From Nitrospirota bacterium (lineage in GTDB: Bacteria; Nitrospirota; Nitrospiria; Nitrospirales; NS-4): a DNA stretch of 64,000 nt. The stretch is from contig CAWBGA010000001.1 in NCBI GenBank assembly GCA_963788195.1, positions 224,001 to 288,000 of the forward strand. The letters are read 5' to 3'. The notes under the pieces are model-generated. The model was not told where the DNA came from and did not search any database. It worked only from the letters and a program-made list of their open reading frames with translations. Position numbers and translations under genes: made by a program. Of the stretch, positions 18,929 through 29,625 are shown in pieces (the stretch's first letter is position 1; the number at the start of each line of letters is the position of its first letter).

Positions 18929-19990
18929 CGCCGCGGCAAATACAGATCGGCGGACGGAAAATCGGAGAAGGATTGCCCTGTTTCATCGTCGCCGAAGCCG
19001 GCAGCAACCATAACGGCAATCTCGATCACGCGCTGGCAATCATTGATGCTGCAAAGCAGTCACAGGCCGATGCCGTGAAGTTTCAGAACTTCCGTGCGGA
19101 AAAGCTGTATCCCCGCGACTGCCGGCACGTCGGATTACCTGCCGGTCAGGAAGCCGATCTATGACGTTATGAAAAGCATGGAAATGCCGCCGGAATGGAT
19201 CCCGGTGCTTGCGGATTACTGCAAGGCTCGAGACCTGATATTTTTTTCGGCTCCGTTCGACGAAGAGTCCGCGGACATCCTCGAGCCGTATGTGCCGGTC
19301 TACAAGATCGCTTCCTACGAGATTACGCACGCACCCCTGATCCGCCACGTCGCCCGCAAGAAAAAGCCGATGATTCTCTCCACCGGCACCGCGGATCTCG
19401 CAGAAGTTCGGCAAGCTGTTGAATGGTGCCATGCGGAAGGGAATCACCAGATTGCGCTGTTGCAATGTACTGCCGCCTATCCCGCGCCTTTGAATACGCT
19501 GAATGTTCGCGCGCTCGTCACGATGAGAGAACTATTCGAGGTCCCGACGGGCATCTCGGACCATTCTCGCGATCCGCTCGTCGGCCCGACGTGTGCAGCG
19601 GCCCTTGGCGCGAACATCATCGAGAAGCATTTCACGCTCAGCAACCGTCTTCCAGGACCCGATCATGCCTATGCCGTTGAGCCTGCGGAGTTCAATGCGA
19701 TGGTCGAGTCGGTCAGAAATACCGAACAGGCGCTCGGAGACGGTATTAAAGCGACACAAGACGTGGAACGCGAGCTCCATCGATTTGCACGGCGATTTAT
19801 TTACGCGACGCGGCCCATTGAGCAAGGTGAGAAATTGACGGCGGAAAATATAGCAGTGCTTCGGAGCGGAAAGTTAACGACGGGACTGGCGCCGAAACAC
19901 TGGGACCTGGTGCGCGGGCGGACTGCCCGTCGGGATATTGCGGAGGGAAAGCCGATTGACGCCGACGACTGCGGCATTGACATTGCGTAA
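18925..19990 (+). CDS. pseI: Nonulosonic acid synthase (PseI/NeuB family); +1 frameshift near 19115
   Basis: IVAEAGSNHNG, ADAVKFQ, YKIASYE, STG, CTAAYP, SDH, EKHFTL, C-terminal SAF domain; ORFs 18916-19164 and 19094-19990. Confidence 0.88.
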
Positions 19991-20453
19991 GGCCACGCTC
20001 GAGGACGGTGGCTTCCTCTTGAGGGTTCGCAATGAGGACGATGTTCGATTGCAATCCAAGAACCAGGAGTTGATCTCGGGAGAGACTCATGAGAAGTGGC
20101 TGACGCATAATCTCGGGGACGCCGATTCTGCGATTTGGATCATCGAGCGCCAGCACGAGAAGGTCGGATACATCCGCGCACAAAAGCTTGAACAACCTGG
20201 CGAGTCTGGGAAATGGCTGTTGAGCATAGCATTGGAATCTTTCTCCCGGGGAAGAGGATATGGGAGCTGGGCAATCACAGAAGCATGCCGATTATTGCAG
20301 ACAGACTACCGTGCCGACACGATTGTCGCGGAGGTCAAAAGCAAGAATTCTGTATCAATGAGAGTATTTAAGAGAATGGGATTTATCATGGCGGCGAATG
20401 TTGGAGAGCAGAGCAAAGATCTGTCGCGGCTCGAATTATCTCTTCGCAAATGA
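19977..20453 (+). CDS. GNAT N-acetyltransferase (PseH-like)
   Basis: LRKATLED..RN...VR, HEKW, RGRGYG, N..SMRVFKRMGF; context of pse genes; start approximate. Confidence 0.82.
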   Translation: MTLRKATLEDGGFLLRVRNEDDVRLQSKNQELISGETHEKWLTHNLGDADSAIWIIERQHEKVGYIRAQKLEQPGESGKWLLSIALESFSRGRGYGSWAITEACRLLQTDYRADTIVAEVKSKNSVSMRVFKRMGFIMAANVGEQSKDLSRLELSLRK

Positions 20454-20663
20454 AGATCCGGAGTGCGCCAAGGACGCAAGGAGGCCATCACCGTGAGTGA
20501 AATTGCGGACAACCTGATCATCCGCAAAGGTAATGAGATACAAGGGGAGAGTCGGGATATTGTTATAAGACGGTTGATATGTTGAAACTTACCGATCAGT
20601 CCGCAATATAGTAACGGCAGGTTTTCTTGAATCTTGCAGAGTCAAAGCTAAGCCGATAAGCCG

Positions 20664-21406
20664 GTAATTGAGTGCACCGATCTGACTCCTAAAAAGGTCT
20701 ATCTGTATTTTTATGCCGATTCTGTTGGGTTTCCTCGGCTCAATCAAAGTCCCGATGTTACTTGGCCATTTTTATTGAAAGACCTTTTGGAACGCCATTG
20801 CAAAGTCTCCGTGTATCCCTATATGAGAGGACTCGCCAGGCGGAAGGATAAAGGATATCCAACGAATATTTAAACGTGATGCCCGTTATTTAAAGGCACA
20901 GAACGGAAACTCATTTTCTTTTGTTATTTATAATATTGGCATCGTCGATGCTGCGCCCAGACCCTTTACCTACTATCTTAACCACCTGTATAAGTTCGCC
21001 AAGCTCCCTCACGTAGGCCGATATATATCGTTTTTTTTATCAAAAATACTGCATCCGAACAGGAGATTGTTGCAAAACATTCACTTCTTTAGGTTGACAG
21101 CGCCTGGAGATTTTCGTGAGCGTTTTGATCAAATGGTTAAGCATTCCAATAATGCAGGCATGTATGCAATCAGCATAGATACTCCATTAACCCCAGTTTC
21201 ACTAGAGGACCGATCTCCTGGGCTACGGCAATCGATTAATTTATATAATTCATTGAAACATTTAAATACTACGGTTTTGCATGTGCCCACGGATTGGGTC
21301 AATGCCGAGCATTATCTCGAGTGCGGTCATCACTTTAATGCGGCCGGCCATCAAGAGCTTGGCGCGTAGGCTTTATTGTATTATAAGGGATATTATGGAT
21401 GCCTAA
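20664..21406 (+). CDS. SGNH/GDSL-family protein, frameshifted near 20838 and probably 21360; only partly captured by the ORF track
   Basis: Manual translation: YFYADSVGFPR..TWPFLL / ..YNIGIVDAAPRP..YN...GHHFNAAGHQELA; homologous to 35520-36263; AT-rich; no clear start codon. Confidence 0.72.
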
Positions 21407-22296
21407 CTTGGCCTCCGATCCCCATTTGAGACTCGCTCTAGGCACTGCCCAGTTCGGGCAGCACTATGGTATCGCCAATCAACATGGCCAAGTCTCTCTT
21501 AGTGAAGCCAAAACGATTCTCGCGTATGCATCGGCTTGCGGGATGGATACATTGGATACAGCAATTGCTTACGGTAATAGCGAACTGCAACTCGGCCAGA
21601 TAGGGGTTCAATACTGGAAGGTGGTGTCAAAGTTGCCTGCCATGCCGGAAGGCTGCAGTGACATAGTTCAGTGGGTAGCAGATTCTGCAGAGGAATCCTT
21701 GCAACGGCTGAAAAGTAAATCCCTGTACGGCTTTCTGTTGCATCGCCCGCAACAGCTTCTGGAGCGAGGCGGTGATCGGCTCTACTATGCCTTGCAGCGA
21801 CTGAAGCACGAAGGGGATTGTACAAAAAATCGGCATTTCGGCGTTCGCCCCTTCAGATCTCGATGCTCTTTGTAGCCGCTTTCAATTTGATCTTGTCCAG
21901 GCTCCCTTCAATATCGTGGACCGTCGCTTGATTGATTCAGGTTGGCTTTGGCGACTGGCGGAGCAGGGCATAGAATTACATACGCGGTCGGTGTTTCTCC
22001 AGGGATTGCTTTTAATGAAGCCAGGTGACAGACCGCAAAAATTCGCCAGATGGTCCATGCTGTGGTCAAAATTGGACGAGTGGTTTGAGCGCGCCGGGCT
22101 GACTCCAGTGCAAGCCTGTCTCCGGTACGCCATGTCATTCTCGCAAATAGGCAAAGTCATCGTCGGTGTCGATAATCTAAGCCAACTTGAAGAAATCCTC
22201 CATGCGGCCCAAAAGCCAGACCTACAGATCTCCGATGAGCTCAACAGTGATGACCTTGACTTGTTGAATCCGGCCAATTGGGCGAGTCTCGCGTAA
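21399..22296 (+). CDS. Aldo/keto reductase; +1 frameshift at the G run near 21815
   Basis: LALGTAQFGQHYG, DTAIAYGNSE, LLH, KIGIS, VQAPFNIVDRR, RSVFLQGLL. Confidence 0.88.
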
Positions 22297-22347
22297 CGTC
22301 GCAGCCACTTCGAAGCCTTTCAGGCTATAGACCAAGATCACAAAACA

Positions 22348-23349
22348 ATGCACATCGAAATCATTGCTGAATTAGCCCAGGGTTTTGAAGGGCGGCCGGA
22401 GCAGGCTCGTTTGCTGCTGCGGGCTTCTGCGGCCGCTGGTGCCGATGCGGCCAAGTTTCAGTTGGTCTACGCCGATGAGCTGGCAATTCCCGACTATAAG
22501 CATTACGACCTTTTCCGCTCCCTCGAAATGCCCGACGTGGTCTGGGAGGAACTTGCTCGATACGCACAGGAGTTGAACATTGCGCTTTATTTCGATGTCT
22601 TCGGCGCACGCAGCATTGCCTTGGCAGAACACGTGGGTGCCCGGGCACTAAAGGTACACGGCACGGACATTGCCAATGTGAGTCTACTCCATCAGATCGC
22701 TCAAACTGCGGTACCGAAGATTCTGCTGGGTGCAGGAGGCGCATTTCTCCCTGAAATTGAGCGAGCCATCCATCTACTAGCCGACAAAGAGATCGTCATT
22801 CTTTTGGGATTCCAGAGCTATCCGACACCTACCGATGCCAATCAGATTGCGCGCGTGCGTATGCTGTCAGATTGGTTGTCGACGCGAAATCCGAATGTCA
22901 CGCTGGGTGTTGCTGATCATGCATCACCGGGTAACTTGCTGCGTGTAGCGCTGGCGGCAACAGCTTTGGGGGCAGGCGCTCGAGTGTTCGAGAAACACCT
23001 CACCCTGGGTGAAGTAATGAAGATGGAAGATCATGAAGCTGCGCTCAATCCAGACCGATTTGCTGAATTTGTGACGGTCGTGCACGATTGTGCCATGGCC
23101 TACGGCGAATGCAATGGAGCAGCGGACTTTGGTATGAGTCTGGCCGAACAGAGTTATCGAAAGATGATTCAGCGGCATGTTGTCGCCAGCCGAGATCTCA
23201 CGAAATATTCAAGGATTTCGCCGGGCGATCTGGTTCTCAAGCGCACCTCGGCTGAGCAAGTCATCACGGACCTGGATCAAGTGTATAAAAAAATACTCAA
23301 GCGCGATCTCCAGAACAATGAGCCGATTTTGCCTGACGATATTGAGTAG
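22348..23349 (+). CDS. Second, atypical NeuB-family synthase
   Basis: IIAELAQGFEG (for EIGxNHxG), ADAAKFQ, YPT, ADH, FEKHLTL, C-terminal SAF domain. Confidence 0.85.
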   Translation: MHIEIIAELAQGFEGRPEQARLLLRASAAAGADAAKFQLVYADELAIPDYKHYDLFRSLEMPDVVWEELARYAQELNIALYFDVFGARSIALAEHVGARALKVHGTDIANVSLLHQIAQTAVPKILLGAGGAFLPEIERAIHLLADKEIVILLGFQSYPTPTDANQIARVRMLSDWLSTRNPNVTLGVADHASPGNLLRVALAATALGAGARVFEKHLTLGEVMKMEDHEAALNPDRFAEFVTVVHDCAMAYGECNGAADFGMSLAEQSYRKMIQRHVVASRDLTKYSRISPGDLVLKRTSAEQVITDLDQVYKKILKRDLQNNEPILPDDIE

Positions 23350-23361
23350 CGCAATTTCAAG

Positions 23362-24114
23362 ATGAGAAGACGTCTCGTCGCCGCCATCGCTTGCCGTAAT
23401 CAGGGATCACGACTTTATGGCAAGCCACTCCAGAATCTGGATGTGGAGAAGGGGGTTCGAATACTCGACAACATCGTCGACTGCCTGCAGACGATTGGCT
23501 GCATCGACGAAATCGTGTTTGGTATCTCTGAAGGCATGGAGAACGAGGTTTTCAGGAAGATCGCAGAAGAAAAGGGACTTCGATATGTCGTTGGCGATCA
23601 GGTTGATGTTCTTTCCCGGCTTGTTCGATGCGGGCAACTTGCTGGCGCGACAGACGTCTTTCGGATTACCAGCGAGTCCCCGTTCCTTTATTTTGAACCG
23701 GTAGAGGATTTGTGGCGCAGGCATCAGGCGGAGCAAGCGGATGCCACCTTTATGGATGACATCATTGACGGGTGCGGTTTTGAGATCATTGCTCTCAGGG
23801 CACTGGAGGAGGCGCATTCGAAAGGCGAGAAGAAACACCGCTCGGAACTATGCACCCTATATATCCGGGAGCATCTCCAGCAATTCAAGGTGATCAAGGC
23901 GAATCCGCCTCAAGAACTAATCCGCCGCGATCTTAGGCTAACGGTCGACAATCCGGAAGACCTCGCCGTTTGTCGGGTTGTTTACGGAGCCTTCAAAGAA
24001 CTAGCGCCCAAGATTCCGATTACTGATGTTGTCAGGTTTTTGGATGCACATCCCAAGTTGATCGAGATGGTTGCTCCTTTTACAGCCGCAGGCTACACCA
24101 CCATGTACCGTTGA
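23362..24114 (+). CDS. SpsF-like acylneuraminate cytidylyltransferase family protein
   Basis: IACRNQGSRLYGKPL, GDQVDVLSR, RITSESP, RLTVDNPEDL. Confidence 0.88.
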   Translation: MRRRLVAAIACRNQGSRLYGKPLQNLDVEKGVRILDNIVDCLQTIGCIDEIVFGISEGMENEVFRKIAEEKGLRYVVGDQVDVLSRLVRCGQLAGATDVFRITSESPFLYFEPVEDLWRRHQAEQADATFMDDIIDGCGFEIIALRALEEAHSKGEKKHRSELCTLYIREHLQQFKVIKANPPQELIRRDLRLTVDNPEDLAVCRVVYGAFKELAPKIPITDVVRFLDAHPKLIEMVAPFTAAGYTTMYR

Positions 24115-24250
24115 AGAGCAAGAGTGACCAACGTTGGCCGGCGCTCTGGAAAGGCGCCAAGCAGATCGTTCCCGGGCGGGAACATATGTCCACGCTCAAG
24201 TGCCCGGAAGAAGTGTATTTGGCCCAAAAGCCGATTGTGTATCCGTATGC
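24111..24250 (+). pseudogene. Probable N-terminal stump of a class III (GSA-aminomutase-like) aminotransferase
   Basis: TTGA overlap with the SpsF-like stop; 'LWKGAKQIVPG' followed by out-of-frame GGN matches the 'L..RAK.IIPGG' N-terminus of the family; end approximate. Confidence 0.55.
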
Positions 24251-24286
24251 AGACGCGGCTGGAACATCTGAAATAGGTGCGCTCCA

Positions 24287-25078
24287 GTGGATTTCGGCTT
24301 AATCGGAAAGACAGCGGTGGTTTGGCAAGCAGTAAGGGTCTGGGACGGGCCACGGCAGAAGCGTTAGCTGCCGAAGGCTGTCAGGTCGCGATGTGCGCCA
24401 GAAACGGCGACGAACTGGAACGGGCGGCCGAAGATCTACGGCATCGGTATACGGGGAAGATCTTCGCTCAGGCCTGCGATGTCTCGCAGCGCGGATGATC
24501 TCGATCGTTTCTTTGCGGAGGCTCGCGCGATGTTAGGTCCTGCCGATATCCTGGTCAACAATGCCGGCGGTCCGCCTGCGGGGCCAATCGATGCTTTTAA
24601 TGACGACGCCTGGCAGGCCGCGTTCGAACTCAACTTCATGAGCGTCGTCCGGGCGTGCCGCCATGTCCTTCCCGACATGAAAGCGAAGCGGTGGGGCCGC
24701 ATTCTGACGATCGCCAGCACCAGCGTGAAGCAGCCGATTCCCGGCCTCGTGCTGTCCAACAGCTTCAGGGCTGCGGTCGCCGGATATTCAAAGACCTTGT
24801 CGATGGAAGTCGGCGCCTATAACATCCTGGTGAATTGTGTGCTGCCGGGCCCTTTTTTGACGGATCGCAATCGTCAGTTGGGCGCAAAGATCTCCGCGGA
24901 CCGTGGAATCACGATGGAAAGCCTCATCGCGGAATGGGAGAAAGATCTTCCCGTGCGGCGCATGGGAGAACCGCTTGAGTTCGGAAGAGTCATGGCCTTT
25001 CTCGCGAGTGATCGCTGCGGCTTTATGACGGGGGCCTGTATTCCGGTGGACGGTGGCTCGGTCAAGGGATTGTACTGA
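24287..25078 (+). CDS. SDR-family oxidoreductase; frameshifts near 24321 (-1) and 24490 (+1)
   Basis: MDFGLIGKTAVV/LASSKGLGRA..CDVS/..ILVNNAGGPP..SNSFRAAV..K..VNCVLPG..VDGG. Confidence 0.85.
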
Positions 25079-25098
25079 GGGAGCACACAGCAGAGGGT

Positions 25099-26443
25099 AT
25101 GGCCAGGGAGAAGGTGGAGTCCAGATCGGGAATCCCGCAATCCGATGAGGAGTTTAGTGAACGCGCCCATCACGTCATTCCAGGCGGTTCCCACACCTAT
25201 TCAAGGGGCGACGATCAGTTTCCCGTCTTCGGCCCCGCACACATTCGTAAAAGGCAAAGGCGGTCGGGTCTGGGGGTTGGATGGCCAGGAATATGTGGAT
25301 TGGGGCATGGGAATCAATAATGTACTAATCGGCCATGCAGAAGATGCGATCGACGAGGCTGCGATTGCGGCGATCCGCCAGGGGCAAGCCTTTTCGCGTC
25401 CGACCATTCTGGAAGTGACGGCAGCCGAGAGGATCACAAGCCTGTTTCCTGGCCTCGACATGGTGAAGTTCGGCAAGAATGGTTCGGATGCTAACTCGGC
25501 GGCGATCCGGCTGGCTCGTGCGATCACCGGCCGCGATCTCATCGGATACGACGGCACGGCGCCGTTCCTCAGCATTCATGATTGGTTCATCGGCAAGACA
25601 GCTGTGAATGCCGGGGTTCCTGAAGCTATCCAAAACCTCAGTGTGCCCTTTGCCTTTAATGATGTGCCAAGCGTCGAGCGAATGTTTGCTGAGCATCCAA
25701 ACAAGATCGCGGCGGTCATTCTGGAAGTCTGTCGCGACACGAAACCGGCGCCCGGTTTTTTGAAGACACTGCGCCGCTTATGCGATGAGCAGGGAACTTT
25801 GCTGATCTTTGACGAGGTCGTGACCAGCTTTCGCTATGCACTACATGGCGCACACTCGCTTTTCGGCGTGGTCCCCGATTTCATGTCCATCGGGAAGGGC
25901 ATGGCGAACGGATATGCCCTGGCAGCGATTCTCGGCAGGCGGGAATACATGGAGCGCGGCGGGATCCGGCACGGTCAGGAGCGTGTCTTCTTCCTTTCCA
26001 CCACCAACGGCCCGGAGCAATCGGCACTGGCCGCCACGCTGGCGGTCGTGGATTTTTATCGGCAACAGGACGTCATCGCGCACTTGTACCGGACCGGACA
26101 GCGCCTTATCGATGGGCTCGCGAAGGCGGCCGCGAATCATGGTATCGCCGACTTTATCTCAGCCGCGAGTGACTTTAGCTGCCGGCCGGTCTTGAAATTC
26201 TTGGGGCCCGGCCGAGAACCCTCCATGGAGTACCGGACCCTCTTTCTCCAAGAGATGGCCAAGGGCCGTGTCTTTATCCCGTGGATCTGCCCCTGCTTCC
26301 GGCATCGCGAGTCCGAGGTTGATCAGACGTTGGATGTCTTCGATCGGGCGTGCAAGGTCTATGCGCAAGCTCTGGAAACCGGATCGGTGCAGCGTTTTCT
26401 CAACGGTCCCGCGGCCAAGCCTGTATTCAGAAAATTCAACTAG
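25099..26443 (+). CDS. Class III PLP aminotransferase (glutamate-1-semialdehyde aminomutase-like); +1 frameshift near 25224
   Basis: IPGGSHTYSRGDDQFP, KFGKNGSDA, IFDEVVTSFR, GKGMANG. Confidence 0.9.
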
Positions 26444-26451
26444 CGGAAGGC

Positions 26452-27033
26452 ATGAAGCTGCTGGAGCATCCCGGTAAGACGAAAAGCGAGTTGATTGGGA
26501 TGCATCTGCGCCTACGCGAGGTCAGGCTGTCCGACGCCAACGGGCCCTACTTGGAATGGATGAACGATGCCGAGGTCCTCAAATATACCGAGAGTAGGTT
26601 TCAATCACACTCTAAAGCGGATCTGTGTGACTACGTGGTGAGGATCAATGCGAACCCGGACTTCGTTTTCCGTGCCATCACGCTTGGCGATACGGGCCGG
26701 CACATCGGAAACATCAAACTTGGGCCCATCGATTGGAATCACCGGTTCGGCGATATCGGCATCATTATCGGCGCAAAAGATTGTTGGGGAAAGAATTACG
26801 CCGCCGAGAGCATCCGACTCCTTGCCGATCATGCCTTTAGCGTCCTCAAGATGCACAAACTGACGGCCGGTTGCTACGCGATAAACGAGGCTGGCATCAA
26901 GGCCTTCATAAAAGCAGGGTTCGTCTTCGAAGGCCGCCGGAATAGCCAGTACCTCAGTGACGGCCGGTACGTGGATCATGTCTACCTAGGCCTCATCAAT
27001 CCTGCCGACTTGCCGTCTGGCCGCGCGTCTTGA
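26452..27033 (+). CDS. GNAT N-acetyltransferase (RimJ/RimL-like)
   Basis: YLEWMND, HIGNIKLGPI, IGIIIG..WGKNYA, N.AGIKAF.KAGF. Confidence 0.88.
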   Translation: MKLLEHPGKTKSELIGMHLRLREVRLSDANGPYLEWMNDAEVLKYTESRFQSHSKADLCDYVVRINANPDFVFRAITLGDTGRHIGNIKLGPIDWNHRFGDIGIIIGAKDCWGKNYAAESIRLLADHAFSVLKMHKLTAGCYAINEAGIKAFIKAGFVFEGRRNSQYLSDGRYVDHVYLGLINPADLPSGRAS

Positions 27034-27052
27034 GTCAACGAAAGGACTGCTC

Positions 27053-28213
27053 ATGCCTGAACGATTACGAGTGTTGAACAACCTGCGGCTCTGTACACGC
27101 TGCCTGTTGCCCGAAACACAGGAGACGATCGTCTTCGACGATCAGGGGGTGTGCAATGTCTGCCGGCAGATCGAGTACAAACAAACGAAAATCGATTGGG
27201 ATGCGAAGCGAAAGGAATTCGATGATCTGCTCGCTCAGTACCGCGGGAAATATGACTATGATTGTATCGTCCCATTCAGCGGAGGCAAAGACAGCACCTA
27301 TACGCTCTACAGCCTCGTTCGCGACTTCAACATCAAGCCATTGGTCGTGTCGTTCGATCACGGTTTTTTCAGGCCACGAACGCTTGAAAATAATGAACGA
27401 ACACTGAAGATCCTTGGTGTTGATTTTCTGAAGTTCCGCCCGAGTTGGAAAGTCGTGCAGAAGCTGATGCTGGAGGTGTTAAAGCGAAAGGGAGATTTTT
27501 GCTGGCACTGTCATACAGGGTGTTTCGCCTATCCCATGCAAATCGCCGTGAAGTTCCGGATACCGCTATTGATATGGGGGGAGCCGACCGCGGAGTACAC
27601 CAGCTATTACAGCTATGAAGATGATGAGGAAGTGGACGAACGCCGCTTCAACCGCTTTGTCAATCTGGGCATCACGGCCGAGGATATGCAGGGCATGCTG
27701 GACGGGTCGATCACGATGCAGGATCTCGAACCTTTTCGGTATCCAAGCGTCCAGGATCTGCACGCCATTAAATGCCGCTCTGTCTGCCTCGGCAGCTATA
27801 TACCGTGGGATGTGAAGAAGCACGTGGAGATCATCAAGCGGGAACTACACTGGCAGGAGGACGACGTCGAGGGGATACCAAAGGCGTTCCGCTATGAGAA
27901 GGTCGAGTGCGCAATGCAAGGCGTCCGCGATTATCTGAAGTTCATCAAACGAGGCTTCGGCCGCACGAATCATTTAGTCAACATCGACATCCGCAATGGA
28001 CGGTTGACTAGGGAGGAGGCTATGAGGCTGGTGCAGGAACATGACGGCAAGCGGCCGGCCAGCCTCGATGTCTTTCTCGAGTATGTAGGGCTGACAGAGG
28101 AAGAGTTCATGGACATCGCCCTACAGCACGTTGTCAGTCCCCACGTTCATGATCCTCAAAGTGTTCTCCCGGGCGAGAAACTCTGGGATCAGGATGAATG
28201 GGATCGCAGCTGA
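27053..28213 (+). CDS. N-acetyl sugar amidotransferase (WbuX/WbpG/PseA family)
   Basis: CTRC, CNVC, YDCIVPFSGGKDS PP-loop, WGE, YLKFIKRGFGR, IRNGRLTREEA. Confidence 0.92.
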   Translation: MPERLRVLNNLRLCTRCLLPETQETIVFDDQGVCNVCRQIEYKQTKIDWDAKRKEFDDLLAQYRGKYDYDCIVPFSGGKDSTYTLYSLVRDFNIKPLVVSFDHGFFRPRTLENNERTLKILGVDFLKFRPSWKVVQKLMLEVLKRKGDFCWHCHTGCFAYPMQIAVKFRIPLLIWGEPTAEYTSYYSYEDDEEVDERRFNRFVNLGITAEDMQGMLDGSITMQDLEPFRYPSVQDLHAIKCRSVCLGSYIPWDVKKHVEIIKRELHWQEDDVEGIPKAFRYEKVECAMQGVRDYLKFIKRGFGRTNHLVNIDIRNGRLTREEAMRLVQEHDGKRPASLDVFLEYVGLTEEEFMDIALQHVVSPHVHDPQSVLPGEKLWDQDEWDRS

Positions 28214-28216
28214 ACC

Positions 28217-28834
28217 GTGACCGTCGCGGTTGTGGACTACGGCATGGGCAATCTGCGCTCCGTGGCGAAGGCGCTGGAAGCGGTAGGCGCCCGGGTCTTG
28301 GTGTCCACCAACCCAGAGGACTTACGAAAAGCGGAGCGCATTGTGCTTCCAGGGCAGGGCGCATTTCGCGATTGCATCGCCAATTTGCGCGCGACCGGCT
28401 TAGTCGACGCTCTTCTCGAGGAAGTGCGGCAGAAAGGAAAACCGTTCCTTGGAATTTGCCTGGGACTGCAATTGCTTGCTGATGTGAGTTATGAAAACGG
28501 GTCCTTCACAGGGCTCGGATGGCTGCCCGGGCGGGTTCAGCGATTGACGGTCGAGGATCCAACTCTTAAGCTTCCTCACATCGGCTGGAATGATGTGACT
28601 TTTCAGGAAACAGTGCTTGCCGACGGGCTCAAGAAGAATCCGATCTTTTACTTCGACCACAGCTACCATTTTGTCAGTCAGGAGCCGGCTTCAGTCGTGG
28701 CTGTATGCGAATATGGCGGGACGTTTGCTGCGGCGCTCCAAAAGGACAACATGTTCGCGGTTCAGTTTCATCCTGAGAAGAGCCAGCAAGTCGGTCTGCG
28801 GTTACTGAGGAACTTCTTGAACTGGAAGATTTAG
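28217..28834 (+). CDS. hisH: Glutamine amidotransferase subunit, HisH paralog (WbuY-like)
   Basis: [30 protein letters not shown]. Confidence 0.92.
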   Translation: MTVAVVDYGMGNLRSVAKALEAVGARVLVSTNPEDLRKAERIVLPGQGAFRDCIANLRATGLVDALLEEVRQKGKPFLGICLGLQLLADVSYENGSFTGLGWLPGRVQRLTVEDPTLKLPHIGWNDVTFQETVLADGLKKNPIFYFDHSYHFVSQEPASVVAVCEYGGTFAAALQKDNMFAVQFHPEKSQQVGLRLLRNFLNWKI

Positions 28835-28841
28835 CTCAAGG

Positions 28842-29604
28842 GTGCTGAAGCGACGTCTCATTCCCTCCCTCCTGCTCAAGGCCGGTCGCTGCATCAAAAC
28901 CATCAGGTTCGACTCCATCCGGGACGTGGGGAATCCCGTCACGGCGGCGCGGGTGTATGACGCTCAAGGCGCCGATGAGTTGATCTTTCTGGATATCACC
29001 GCCAGCCACGAACGGCGCGAAACCTTGTTCGATCTCGTGGCGCAAACAGCGGAGCAATGCTTCATGCCGTTGACAGTGGGCGGTGGTGTGAGGACGGTGG
29101 CAGATATCCGCAAATTGCTGCAGGCCGGCGCAGATAAGGTCGCGATCAACACTGCGGCGGTAGAAAATCCGGATTTTATCCGCGAGGCTGCCGAAATGTT
29201 CGGTACCCAGTGCATCGTTGTGTCGATTGATGCCCGGGCACAGGCGCCGCACGAATATGAAGTATTCACCTACCGGGCGACCAAGCCCACCGGCCTTCAT
29301 CCGGTCGAATGGGCTCAGCGAATGGCCGATTCCGGCGTCGGGTGAAATTCTGATTACCGCCGTCGACCGAGACGGCGCCATGGAAGGGTATGATTTGGAA
29401 TTGATCCGGTCCGTCGCCGACGCTGTTCATGTACCGGTCATCGCCTCCGGGGGGTGCGGCACGCTTCAGCATCTGGTCGAGGGGATTACAGTCGGTCACG
29501 CATCGGCTGTTGCGGCGGCCAGCCTGTTTCACTTCACGGATCAGAGCGTGATCAAAGCAAAGACCTTCATGAAAGGTGCAGGCGTGGATGTCCGGTCTCC
29601 GTAG
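28842..29604 (+). CDS. hisF: HisF-like cyclase paralog (WbuZ-like); +1 frameshift near 29340
   Basis: [46 protein letters not shown]. Confidence 0.9.
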
Positions 29605-29625
29605 GAATCAACTTCGTCCGTCACT

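Noticed and set aside
25099..26443. hemL (tetrapyrrole synthesis)
   Set aside because: The context is sugar modification with no hem genes; treated as a paralog of unknown substrate.
28217..29604. Histidine biosynthesis operon
   Set aside because: The hisH/hisF paralogs follow a WbuX-like amidotransferase, the known ammonia-supply arrangement in LPS loci; no other his genes are present.
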